Assembly: GCA_951406725.2 (NCBI GenBank)
Contig: OX597821.1
Coordinates: forward strand, 44,764,001-44,828,000
From: Octopus vulgaris
Taxonomy: Eukaryota
Direction of reading: 5' to 3'
DNA length: 64,000 nt
The notes under the pieces were generated by a model that was given only the letters and a program-made list of their open reading frames with translations, did not search any database and was not told the origin of the DNA. Position 1 is the stretch's first letter. The number at the start of each line of letters is the position of its first letter. A program made the position numbers and the translations under genes. This document shows, one piece after another, positions 1-12,813 of this stretch.

Positions 1-1238
1 TAGCCATGATATAATAATTTCTTTTCTAATATATTTGGGAGCAATGTTCCACAAAATTAGATTTTTAATATGCATCTTTTATAGTTATTGTAGATTACCA
101 AAACAGATATTAGCTCCCATATCTCCCTGAAATAGATTACAAGTTCCCAACAGTAAAGAACCTCCAGAGTTATCAGGCCAAGAAATGGGGTGATGTGGAA
201 TTGATGTATTTCTCAAGGATGTGACTGCTGTAGGTAACAGTGACTGAAATAGCAACAAAAATTTGTTCCACAATTCAGCGAATTTATCATCATGCTATAC
301 ACTTATGTTATTTCCAGTCTTTTATTCCTGAAACACAACTGAGACATAATATGGACCCTTGATACAAGAGTCTCCTATTATTCATTTGATTAAAAGTCGT
401 CATAACATGCACAACAAGGATTTGCATCATTAAAAAAAAAGTGGGGAATGATCATGCTGATTAGTCTTAGAAGCAAAACTGTATTTTAGACAGAGGGAGG
501 GGGTGCAAAATTTTAGTAAGGAAGGGTTGCAAATATAATGATGTTTGCATTTGACAAGACATAATTCTTTCTTAATTAGAAAGCTATCACTTAAGAATTA
601 TGCACGTCAGAAAATTTTTTTAACCCTTTTGCTCGTATTCATTGTACATATATATTCCTTCTTACTATTCAGGGTACCATTAATTATTATTCCAAATAAG
701 ATTCCTGTAATAAACTTCAATTAATTTTTACTTCATAAGACCAAACCATGCTGATGATGACTATTTGAAATTTAAATAAATATCAAGTAGACACACAAAA
801 TAACAAAAAATTAAAGTTAAGGTGCATGGTAAAATGGTATTTGGCATTCAGTATTAGAAGAATAAATCTGGTCAGTTTTTGACTTTCAGAATCATTCAAA
901 AAAAAAAAAATTTCCAAGTCAATGGAATGATAAAAATTTTCCCATTTATAGTATTCTGTCTTAACTTTTAAAATTGTAACATAAACAGAGATAGAAAAGG
1001 GGAAAATAGCAAAAAAAAAAAGCAAGCCCTAGAAAAATACATCTTGAAATAACGACTAAATAATTTTGGAAAATAAATAAGACAAAAAAAATTATTTTCA
1101 ACTAAAAAAAAATTGAAATAAGAGAACGATTAAGATAAATTGTAAAAAAAAAAAAAGCAATATGAAGATAAGTAGCATACAAAATGCATTTTCTTCTGAA
1201 AAAAATTTTCTTTTTTACCAATTCAAACCAAATTTCTC

Positions 1239-1801
1239 TCAAACTGACTCGCAACTTAGCATTCTTAGGGCTTCTTCATAGGACGGAAGGGCATTGTTCT
1301 CAACGGAAAGAGAAAGGGCATCTTTCTTCATTGCAGGAAAAATGGTTGTGCTACATTTCTCTGTTTTCTGGTCCCATGTTGTCAAAGTGGGGTTTGTAAT
1401 CACAGGCGTTGATGTAGATGTAGTTGTTGTCACTGGAGCAGATGACGAACTGGACTCATCTGAATTGCACACCAGAACTGTAGAAGAAATAGGCAACTGG
1501 GGTGCAGGTTGAATGGAAAGTCGCCCTAAAGCAGTGCCATTATTAGCGTCTGGGTGTGTAAACTGTACAGGAAACAACTCACTATAAGAAGGTGGTGGTG
1601 TCATTGTTTTCCACCGCTGAGGAGGAAAGAATGTGTATTCTGAGCCATATGAACGGAATAGTGTCTCTTGATTCGATAGCCATCGGAACAGAGCACATGA
1701 GATTGTGAGTAGTATGAGGACAACGGAGAATATAACAATGATCCATTTAAAAATGTCATTGACATCATTACTATGACCTGTGCCAACATTGTCTGGATAA
1801 C
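1239..1801 (-). CDS. Last coding exon of a single-pass membrane protein with two PY motifs (PPPSY, LPSYEEAL)
   Basis: ORF 1239..1817 contains an acceptor TTTTCATTTCCAG|G (exon starts at 1801). It encodes a hydrophobic segment WIIVIFSVVLILLTISCALF, PPPSY, a Ser/Thr-rich linker and LPSYEEAL, with the stop at 1239-1241. The phase matches the donor at 12475. Confidence 0.85.
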
Positions 1802-2374
1802 CTGGAAATGAAAACAAAAGGAAACATTAGAAATCATAGAAAATGTTTACAGAAAGACAAAAAAATGATTTACTATTGAGAAGTCCCTGATAAAATATGA
1901 AACCCAGCAGTTTTCAATGACAAACTGTCAGTAAAATCTTACAATTTTTATTTATCAAGGAATAATACTGAATTGGCAAATAGCAGATTGGCAGAGTTGT
2001 TGGAGCAATGGCCAGAATGTTTCACAATGTTTGTTCTGGCACGTTGTGCTCGGAGTTCAAATACCACTGAGGTCAACTTTGTCATTCATCCTTTCAAAGT
2101 CAATTAAAAGAAGAAAATTATAAATCCAAGACAGTGTACAGAAATGGAAGAACATTAGACCAGATGCCTTACAATATTTGTTCTGACTTTTTGTGTACCA
2201 AGCTGAAATCCTGCCTTGGCCCATATGAGTGGTAGACTTAACCTACTACACATTTTTACATCACCCCTTGAGTGTCTTTACATGAGTCTACTCTGTTGCA
2301 TTTCAGACCAGGATTCCAGTTTGAGAACACAGCTCTCCCTCCCACCTTCCCATCAGCTTCTGAGACCTGTAAAA

Positions 2375-2838
2375 CAGTGGTTCTTAACATTAAAAAAAAA
2401 AATTGTAGTGCCCCCTTTTAAGTAGCTGGTACGCCTAGCACACTCTAAAGTGGCAAGTGAGGTATCATGACTAAAGTGACTTCACATGGAAAGTAATTTA
2501 TAAATTTAATTAAAAAGTAGGGGGGAGGGGATTGTAAAAGCTTTTAACAATGAAATGATAAAAGACACAAGTTGTAAATTTATACGTTGCAAGTTAATGA
2601 CTTCCATGCACTGTGTAAATTCTACACAGTAACTTGATTTGCTAGAAACAGCAGCACGCTACTAATCTCTTACTTTATTTTAATAACCATTACTAGTTTT
2701 ACCATGTACTGTAGGTAAAATTTAGTATGTTAATTAGGTTACCTCATTGACACCCTCACCAGCCCATGAAACTTAATGCCTCCTTCAACAAAGTCCAGCA
2801 CCCCTTGGGGGCAGTACCACCTATGTTGAGAAGTTCTG
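2375..2838. mobile_element. hAT (Charlie-like) MITE
   Basis: Termini CAGTGGTTCTTAACAT / ATGTTGAGAAGTTCTG with an exact 8-bp TSD ctgtaaaa (2367-2374, 2839-2846). Confidence 0.75.
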
Positions 2839-3354
2839 CTGTAAAAGGTTGTGGATACTAGCTTCTCTCCTGACTAAAAGAAAAGTAGTTTCAATACAAA
2901 CTAGAAATCACAAAGTTTAGATAAACATTTAGATGTAGCTGTTAAGTTAAGAAGGTGAAAGGATGGGCATCCAACCAAAGAAAATCTGCCTCAATAAATT
3001 TTGTCCAACCAATGTAAGCATAGAAAAGTGAATGTTAAAACAATGACGATATTACTGACTGCAAGATACCTATTTCTATCCGATCATACTCTAACCTCTT
3101 ATATAAACATTAGCATATTACAAGTGTATTACTAACATATTACTGGTACATATAAACACTAGCATATTCTGTGTGTGTGCGTGTGTGAGAGAGAGATTTT
3201 CCCTAGGTCATTCAATTTTTTTCAATTGATCAATGGACTGAATGAGAAGACCAATCAATAACAAACCTATGACTTGTGGAAACAGCTGTAAATCAAATTA
3301 ACTACAATAAAGAAATATGTAATGGCCATTATTTATACCTTGCCTCATATATAT

Positions 3355-3870
3355 ATCATCATCTTCATCATTTAACGTCCACTTTCCATGCTGGCATGGG
3401 TTGGACGGTTTGACTGGGGACTGGCAAACCCAGGCTCCAATCTGATCTGGCAAGGTTTCTACAGCTGGATGTCCTTCCTAAAGCCACTTACTCTGAGAGT
3501 GTAGTGGATGCTTTTTATATGCCACAGGCATGTGGGTCAGTCAAGTGGTACTGACATCGACCACACTTGAATGGAGCTTTTTAAATGCCATTGGCACAAG
3601 AGCCAGTCAGGTGGCACCGGCAAACAACCATGCTCGAATAGTGTTTTTTACATTCCACGGCATGGGAGCCAGTCAGGCAGTACTGGCAACAACCATGCTT
3701 CAATGGTGCTATTTATGTGCCACCGGCACAGGAGACAGTCAGGCAGTACTGGCATTGGCCATGACAATGATTACTGTTAAATGGGTCAGTTATGGTCTTG
3801 GCTGGCTTGCTGGGTCTTCTCAAGCACAGTATATCTCTAAAGGACTCGGTTGCTCATCATCGCCTCCATA
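3355..3870 (-). mobile_element. RTE-LINE 3'-end repeat with (ATG)n tail and internal ~60-bp tandem units
   Basis: (CAT)n-tttaacgtcc..tttccatgctggcatgggttggacggtt..ggatg(c/t)ccttcctaa signature, the same as the sequence following the RTE ORF at 52120-52960. Confidence 0.8.
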
Positions 3871-4652
3871 TATTGTATAATCAAATTCGCTTCCTAACTA
3901 CATAGTTTCAGGTTCACTACCATTATGTGATACCTTGGTCAACCAAGCTTGTCATATATATAGACACACACACATGTGTATGTGTGTGTCCTTGTCCTGA
4001 CATCAAGTGAGGATTGTAAACAAGCATCACCACTACAGAAGCAATATTGTACATTTCTAGTCTTTCATGGAAAACATGTCTGGCATTGGGGAAATACTTC
4101 CATGCTAGCATCAGGAAGGGTGTCTAGCCATAAAAAGTCTGCATCAAAGAATTCCATCACCCATGCAAGGGTGGAAAAGTAAATATTAGAAAAGTTGTTG
4201 AAAATGATGATGACTGATGTATATAAAAGCACCAGCATATTACTGGTGTATATAAATTATTATTTAAACAGCTATGCACTTGAAACAGTATTACAAGTGT
4301 TTAACATAATATGTATACAAACATAGAAAAGCAGTACCTGTAATATTTTATCACAGAGAAACTACTCTTAAGAGATTCTGTACGTCAAAAACAGAGCTCA
4401 CTTGTTGGAAGGTCAGACAGATTTGGTCTCCTCAGTGACAAACACCACTAGACATTTTCAGTTAAGTCAAAAATCTGTGTTCTAATACAGAAATCAATGA
4501 ACAAGATATCTGATGATTTGGGCAAAAGTTGACCATGCTAGAATTAAATAAACACCGCTACTTTAAACAGTTTTAGTTTGAAATAATGTTGATTCACACA
4601 CACACATATATATATATAAATAAATAGAGTTAAATACAGGTGTTATTCAAAT

Positions 4653-4752
4653 TCTTTTACTTCTGACACATGTTTTGAAGACAACATTGGTATTATTCCA
4701 AAGGAATAAAATGGTGAAAAACAACATAATCTTCTCATCAAGGAATGAAAGA
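4653..4752 (-). ncRNA. Decayed type I hammerhead ribozyme-like motif (left arm)
   Basis: Minus strand reads ctttcattcc-TTGATGA-gaagattatgttg...caatgttgtcttc-AAAAC-atgt-GTC-agaagtaaaag. Core order and stems are preserved, with two core substitutions. Confidence 0.55.
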
Positions 4753-5489
4753 AAGAAACCAAACTCATCAATATGACATTTTAACAGAATGTGATGGATG
4801 TGTATAATGCTGAATGGAACACTATTAAGTTTTTTTCAAAACACTGTTAGAAGATATAACGTCAAAGGTAGCCTATAGAAAGAGAAGGGGTAAAGGAAAG
4901 AAATAAGCAGAAAACTAATAAAGGAGAAATATAGAGCGATATGTGAATTAAAATAAAAGTTTAAAGGCTTGGAAATAGATATATCTAGTGGAAGTGAAAT
5001 GTAAGAAAATCAATGTTCAAATTATATATAATGGTAGATATCACTTATATGAACTAAAGGTAGGTTTCTGCCAATGTTTACATCAATAAGCACGCTCTAT
5101 AAACATAAACTATTTTCTGAGAATCCCCTTGTAAACACGTTTATATAGCGTGCTTATCGATGTAAACATTGGCAGAAACCTACTTTTAGTTCATATAAGT
5201 GATATCTACCATTATATATAATTTGAACATTGATTTTCTTCTTACATTTCACTTCCACTAGACATATCGATTTCCAAGCCTTTAAACTTTTATTTTAATT
5301 CACATATCGCTCTATAGTTCTCCTTTATTAGTTTTCTGCTTATTCCTTTCCTTTACCCTTTCTCTTTCTATAAGCTACCTTTGACGTTATATCTTCTAAC
5401 AGTGTTTTATAAAAACTTAATAGCATTCCATTCATCATTATACACGTCCATCACATTCTGTTAAAATGTCTTATTGATGAATTTAATTT

Positions 5490-5590
5490 CTTTCTTTCTT
5501 CCCTAGATGAGAGGATTACATTGTTTTACACCCTTTTATTCCTTTGGAATAATACCAATGTTGTCTTCAAAACACATTGGAAGTAAAAGA
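5490..5590 (+). ncRNA. Decayed type I hammerhead ribozyme-like motif (right arm)
   Basis: tctttcttcc-CTAGATGA-gaggattacattg...caatgttgtcttc-AAAAC-acatt-ggaagtaaaaga. It mirrors the left copy and its core is more damaged. Confidence 0.45.
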
Positions 5591-5705
5591 ATGTGAATAA
5601 CACCTGCGTTTAACTCCATTTATTTATTTGTATGTATTATACAAAATATTTCACATCAACCTGGAGTTTCTACCTTTACAAACAGGGTGTTACGTCCTTA
5701 TTCAT

Positions 5706-6075
5706 ATCATCATCATCGTTTAACGTCTGTTTTTCATGCTAGCATGGGTTGGACAGTTCGACTGGAGTCTGGGAAGCCAGGAGGCTGCACCAGGCTCCAG
5801 TCTGATCTGGCAGTGTTTCTACAGCTGGATGCCCTCTCTAACGCCAACCACTCCATGAGTGTAGTGTGTGCTTTTTACGTGCCACCAGTATAAGGGCCAG
5901 AAGAGGCTGGCAATGGCCACGATCGGTTGGTGCTTTTTACGTGTCAGCAGTACGCAAGCCAGTCAAGGCGGCACTGGCATTGGCCACGTTTGGATGGTGC
6001 TTTTTACATGCCACTGGCAAGGGTATCACAACTACAATTTCCATTTGATTTTCATTTTGATGTTGAATCGTTGAC
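5706..6075 (-). mobile_element. RTE 3'-end repeat
   Basis: (CAT)n tail plus the family signature and tandem ggtgctttttacgtgccacc units. Confidence 0.85.
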
Positions 6076-7006
6076 TTTCTTCACTTCTCAGTTATTTCTC
6101 AAAGAAACTCCTCTTAGACCATGAGTTACATAAATCTAGTTCATTTGACAATCACAACCATCATTTTAAGTTTCACATTAATCATTATTATAGTCTTGTG
6201 TGCTTCGCTGAAACAGATACCCTCTGCTTTGGATGAATCATTAGTGACACCTTCAATATAAACTCAAAAATGACCATTGATAAAAATAAATCCATATTCT
6301 TTAAACAATTGCATTCATCATTATCTTTCAATTTATTTATTTTTAGTTTGGTTGCAAGACATCTTGACTATACTTCAACAAGATCAGGATCAGAAAAGAC
6401 TAATTTGGATCCAACTGGTGATAAAATTTCTTATGAGATAACAATAAATAGTTTGACAAACAACATTTATATATAAAATAAATTACAATATGCAAATAGC
6501 ATATAACATTTGACTGGTGCAGCTGAAAGGCCTACTTTGAGTTGTTGGCTTTCCTCGCTTCTCAGTTAACCTACCCAAATAGTCTAACCAGACACAATTA
6601 CAAAAGTTCACTCATACTAACAGTTATATACATAACATTTTCACAAAAATTAATAGGGTATAAAATCCTTTGTAATATGAATTCTTGTCTCATAAATAAA
6701 TATACAATCATGATGCATAAATATATATATATATATATATATATTAGTAGCAAATATAAGATAATCACCTATTCACCAAGCTACATGGTCACTCAGTCTA
6801 CTAAAAATAGCAACTAAATCTTCCTCAAATCACATCCACCTGCATTACAAAAGGATATATTGGATAATAGGTTCATGGGTTCCTTGCATATTTGAAAAAG
6901 GCAAGATAGTCAAGGTCAGAATGTCTTTGACCATAAGTTTGTTCAATCAGGACTAGCCTTAGACTATTGATATGAAAAGAGAATGAAGTCAGACACGATG
7001 TCAAAA

Positions 7007-7460
7007 TCATCATCTTTTAATGTCCATTTTCTATGCTGACATGGGTTGGATGGTTTGACCAGAGCTAGCAAGCTGGAGAGCTGCACCAAACTCTAGTCTA
7101 ATTTGGACTGGTTTCTATGGCTGGATGTCCTTCCTAATGCCAACCACTTTACAGTATGTGCTGGGTGCTTTTAACAGGACACTGCACAAGCGCTTTTATG
7201 TGGCACCAGCACTAGTGCTTTTTATGTGACATCACCACACAACTCTTGCAGGCCAATCCTCTTCACTGGTGGGATGGGGGAGGGTGATCTTAACACTTCT
7301 GCTGTGGAGGACAGGTCTTGAGTACAGCAAGACGCCATATATCTCAGTCTTTTGTCATTTCACCTGAAAGGTTCATCATCCTGAAGTCATCCTGAGGTAC
7401 TTCACCCCATGTCTTTCTGAGTCTCCCTCTCCCACATGTTCCACTGAGATTGAGAGATGT
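7007..7460 (-). mobile_element. 5'-truncated RTE LINE (3' UTR plus end of ORF)
   Basis: Family signature followed by a degenerate match to the RTE C-terminal coding region (GRxRKTW-like). Confidence 0.65.
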
Positions 7461-8598
7461 CCTATGGTGTAGTAATTCAACCAATATGTAACAGAGTCAG
7501 TAGAGAACAAGAATTTTTTTTTTTATGTGTGTAACCCATCTATTACTATCTTTGACAGTTTAATAAATATGTGAAGGAGACTAAATGTAGTTAAGATCAT
7601 TTGAATTAATTAACAGCTGCCCTAAGCATGGTCAAAGTGACTGAAGTATTAGAGATGAGTTAATACAATAAATAAATATATATATTATCATTTTACATGT
7701 TTTCCATGCTGGCAAGAGTTGGAGAGTTCAACAGGATCTAAATGATAGAAGAACCACCATATTTTGCTCCCTATTTCAGATTTGATGGGTTTCTATAGCT
7801 GGATGTCCTTCCTAACCTCAACCAAAGTGTACTGGGTGTATTTTTCAAGGCACCATTTGTATAGAATGTCATGTTATTGGCAAAAGTAAAGAATCCTGTC
7901 AAACCCTTGTACCATTTCTTCTTGACTCAATTTATCAAACACCTAAAGAGTGCACAGGGAACTTTCTTTTTTTTTTTTTTTGTGGCATCAGCACTGGTTG
8001 AGTTGTCTTGTAGCTCACAAGGTGAAATCATGCCCCCCACCCATAAAATTCACATATACACAAATCAACCTGCTCAACAATGAAACCCTTATTTTCCAAA
8101 CTTAACAGCTGTTCCCATTAATGTTGGCAATGAAAAGTAGGTTCAGGAGATATTGTAAAAATTCAGGAGTACAGATAAGTGGGTGTGTATCATATGTAAG
8201 AATGAAGACACATGGAACAAAGGCATGAATTTATCTGAGTGGTAACAGGGATGGACTAGACTAGAAATGGCTACATAAAGTAATTAAGGTAATCAGAGTA
8301 TATGATAAAATAATTAAGCTTAGGCAAAACAAAATCATTTCCACATATGCAGTATAGCCAATGAGACGTCTTTCACAATGAATAACAATGACTTCATTAT
8401 CACAGCTGGTGGTTATAAAGGACATGTTAGACAACACAAGGACTTCTCTGGTGAACATGAAGGATATGGTTATGGTATAAGGGATCAAGGCACCTGGAGT
8501 TCTATGACACAAATGGCCTAACCAAGGATTCAGATGGACACAAGATAATCTTCATACTTATCAGAAAAAGGATAGGCAGATGGTTGTGAATATTAAGT

Positions 8599-8933
8599 CT
8601 TTGGTGAAGAATATACTATTCAACATAGACTAGTGATCAGAGACTTTAGAACAAAAGCTAGCCAGACACAAAAGACAGAAGGAGAACATAAAAGTCAAGA
8701 GTTACTAATTAACCCTGTATTCAGAGGTGGACTTATAATTGACATAAATGACAAAAAGGTGAAGATAAATTATGACTTAAGGAAGAGAACTCAGAGTTCC
8801 TATGAGACAATATATTTAGAATGATGCATCAGATTTGTGACTGATATAAAACCCCAGCTAAACAGTCTCTCTAGCTTTTGTTCTAAAGTCTCTAGTCACT
8901 AGTCTAGGTTGAATGGTATATTCTTCACCAAAG
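8599..8933. repeat. 63-bp inverted repeat with 209-bp spacer
   Basis: 8599-8661 ctttggtgaagaatatac...acaaaagctag vs 8871-8933 ctagcttttgt...tatattcttcaccaaag, with few mismatches. Confidence 0.85.
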
Positions 8934-11900
8934 TGCAATATCAAATTGCTAAAAGGCAGAATAAATATGCATAACAAAGAGAGAAGCTGAAAGACTACAA
9001 AAGGTCCTTGGGGTGGTTTTTAACCGGGTGAGAGATTAAATCTACCACCTAAGTAGACACACTGGGATTTGAACTCGGAGTAAAGCATCATCCCATCCCA
9101 TGTTCTCACAATTTTGCCAGTCAACTTTCCTAGAATGGTACTTTACTTACTGAATCCAGAAAGGTAAAACAAAGTTGGTCTCAGTAGCAATAGAATAGCA
9201 TTAGGGCATTGAATAGTTCATTCAATGCTCTAATGCTTTTGCCCATTTTCAGAGTCAGAAGAGATGTCTCGCAATGGCTGTTCTAGCTTTTTTATATTCT
9301 GACAGTGATGTTTATAACACAAGCTGTCTCCAAGGGGCTGTGCTGTGGGATGGAATCTGAAACTATTACAAAATGCTTTTAAACCGTTCCAACATATTTA
9401 GCCCCATGTCGGCACTGATTCAACAGATTTATGTTGAAAGATGTTCCAGCCACAATCATCCTTTTCTTTTACTATCTAATGTCACCTTCCTATTTTACAT
9501 GATTTGAGAGAGATATGACTGCTATCCTAAGTACATCAAGCAACAACACAGTGGGTTGGATTTCTAGGTCTTGATTAAACAAACCTATCATTATTTAAAG
9601 GCTTTCCAAATGTGACCATCCTGTCTTTTTTTTAGAAGAATGTAGGTTTATACTGTACAACTTATCTTTTCTTTAGTTAAAAGGGGCTTTATATTTAATT
9701 AAGACAGTAGGGAATGTTAATTGACTTTGACTGCTATTTCTAGCTGGTCCAAACATCTATATAGAAGTCCCCCTCATTTGTTTGACACACATTCTTGTAT
9801 GTGTAGGTCTACATGTATGTAAATATATGTGTGTATTCACATAAGAATATAGTTGTGTATATAGCTTTGTATGTGTGTATGCAAATCGCCATGTATATAT
9901 GTAAATAAGTATGTATGTATGTATGAATGAATGAATGAATACAGCTAAGTAAAGATGTGTAGTGATGTCAGTATGTGACAACCTACAATTTTACAATTGC
10001 ATGCGTGAAAGTGGGGTCACCATCTTGTTCGTAAAACGACAAGAAAAATAAGAACTGGTGAGACATTCATAATAAGTCGTAACATATTTATTACTGGATG
10101 TAATGCGTTAACATATAAGAATGGTTTGAAAGAAAAGGCTTGTAACATATTACACAAACACACTTTGCAACCACGTCTCAAAGCAAACGAGGTGAATATG
10201 CATGCGTGTGGGGGGGTGCGAGTGGCGTAGCTCAATGCACATGCATAGGAACCGATAGGCAAAAAGGTGCAAAATTAGAATTGCATTCGCTTTATATAAG
10301 GGATGAACCAGAACTCCCTGACTTCCACGTCACCCGGCAGTTAATTGAAAGCTTCTAGAATATCCGAGAATAGTCGAGGGAGATTACTCTCGTTAGATCC
10401 CTTTTTTGTTAAGCTTTCCTGCTTGACCGCCAGGGGTCACTATAGATGTTTATATATATCATACCTATCAGATTCAGTGTGAAAATGAAATCAGATTTGG
10501 CGTGAAAAATTACATCAATATACCAAATTTGAAAATTTTGACTTAATTTTAAAATTTCAAAAACTGTGGCTGCAACAGAAAAGACCCCCCCAAAACTTCC
10601 ATATGTAAGCAGGTAAAGGTATGGAGATTCAGTGATGTACATCACTGGAAATTCACACAGACAATTTTTCTTTGTCATACAAAGACTGATGAATTTCACT
10701 TCAAGGGCAAAAGTGATGTAATGAAGATGGGTTTGAGAATTTAGAGACATCAGTTCCCTTAAGTCACATCCAAATTTTGAACAATTAAGAATGCATAATA
10801 TTTATTGTCACCATCATAAAATAATCACTATAACTCTGTCTGCTTGCAGGAAAACTGTGTGGAACCCATTAAAGAAATTCAAAGATTCAACCTCACATAT
10901 CACATCACATTGATTCGGCCTAAGAATAAAGAGCATACCTGCCTGTGAAATATTCATCGACTCAGCTACATAAATTAGAAGGTAATTCAGTTGATCAAAC
11001 AACTGAAATAGTGAAAACCAGCAGAGGATCCATCTGCATCAGTTAAACAGTGAATCTTAAAGGATAAGCCAAGTTATTGCATTTAGTAGTGTTCTCTCTG
11101 TAACATCATTCCAAATGAAAATTTATCTTGAGCGTTTAAGATCTTACAGCTGTGATAATAATAATTTCTAAATTAAGTACAAGGTCAGAAATTTAAGATT
11201 GGAGGAACAGATGATGTAACTCATACTTCATTAACTTCAGTGGGATTTGAACTCAGAATGTAAAGAGCAGGATGCCATACCTTAATCATAATAGCTAGTA
11301 CTATCTTTAGTTGGTACATTTTGTTTAATAAAAACTGGGTTGTTACCCATCACTATGCTGCCAGAAAAAATATTTGTTAATTATGCATATACCTTCACAA
11401 ATTATTCAAATAATATTTAGATTGACTTTCTCAGTGAAGACTAGTAAAAAAGTGGAATGCTTTTTTCATATTCTACACAATAAGCGTAGCAATTGAACAA
11501 TATCTTACGTTAAATACTCTGGCTAGCGATGTGTAACAATAATTTAGCCATTATTACTGAAATTATATACAATGTACCTTGTATGGTACGGCCAGTTAAT
11601 AGTAGATGGTTATACAGTGAAAGTCTTATTGGTCTCTATGGTGACAACACTACCTGTTTATATCTTTCACACACACACATACATATCCTCTCTCTCACTG
11701 TATTTGTCACTCAACAACAACAACCTGTAAATAATGGTGAGGTGCTTTCAGTAATTCCTAGTATTTTATTCTCTTGGTGTGTGTGTTTGTTTTACTGTAT
11801 TTTTTTTCTCTCTTTTACTCACAGTAAACTGAAGATTTGGCCCAAAATCTTGCAACAAAGTTGACTCCGCTAAATGAATCCAAAGTACCAAGAGTGGGTG

Positions 11901-12474
11901 TAAAACCAGGCAATGGACTATCTCTACCACCCATGCCAAGATTTGAACTCAGAACAAAAGAGCTGAAACAATAGTCCAACATTCTAGTTCCACCAATCCT
12001 CTACCCTGGGTTGGTCCTTTTTTTTTTTCTTATCAATTTCAAAATGACGAAAGTAAAGCTGACCTCAGTGAAATCTAAACTCAGAGCACTGAGACTTAGA
12101 ATAAAAACAGGAAAGCACTCTATCCAATACTCTACTTACTGCCAATTAAACTGATCACCTACAAAAGGTGCAAACATTATTTGCTTGGGAGCTGCCAATA
12201 AACAGCAGTGACATTGTCCTCAAATCACATCCCAATATTGTTTTAAAACCAGTTAGTTGCTGCAACAAGTACCTACTCTCACTATTCTAGTTATTCCATG
12301 AACAAACACCTACACACATAACTACAGTTACATCTTAGAACTAATGACTAGCCAAATTCAATACATAAGTCTTCAAGAATAGTTTAACACCGACACAGCT
12401 TTTCTAAGTAGTTTTAACATATTACATCTTAGTGATACTGATATTTCAATAAGAATATTAAGATATATACTTAC

Positions 12475-12649
12475 TTTTAGTACGTTTTGTCATAGGTTTT
12501 TCAGTAATTAATTCATCAGATGGAATGGCAGTTGTATCAGGTAGTGTCATAGAAGTTACTGGAGTGCAAAAATTGGCATACCAAACAAGCACAGCAACTG
12601 CATTCATTCTCCAACCAACTTTATCCCAGATACGAATTTTGCTGTACAT
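12475..12649 (-). CDS. First coding exon of the same gene (exon 12743-12475; ATG at 12649, alternative ATG at 12607)
   Basis: Acceptor TTTTTCAG| at 12743 and donor AAAA|GTAAGT at 12475. The phase-1 A plus GT of the exon at 1801 gives Ser, in frame. An in-frame TAG lies upstream of the ATG. It encodes the signal-like MNAVAVLVWYANFCTPVTS and a Thr/Pro-rich ectodomain. Confidence 0.75.
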
Positions 12650-12813
12650 CTTTAATTGGTAATGTTTCAACTAATGGCAACACTTGATAGATTAACCAAA
12701 TTGCTAATGAGGAGAAACAAGCCCAACATTCAGCTTAACAAATCTGAAAAATAAAACCAAAAATAAAATTTAATAAACATGCACCAAACTATCTAAAGAA
12801 TTATATATTTTAA

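Larger units (their letters stand above)
4612..5633. repeat. ~1 kb foldback (arms ~4612-5106 and ~5137-5633, ~30-bp loop), Penelope-LTR-like
   Basis: The arms are reverse complements along their length, roughly 90% identical by eye, e.g. gccaatgtttacatcaataagcacgctctataaac vs gtttatatagcgtgcttatcgatgtaaacattggc. Confidence 0.92.

Noticed and set aside
85-273. 62-aa minus-strand ORF downstream of the gene, near a possible acceptor at ~328
   Set aside because: TTG start, stops in all frames after the acceptor and no motif; probably 3' UTR.
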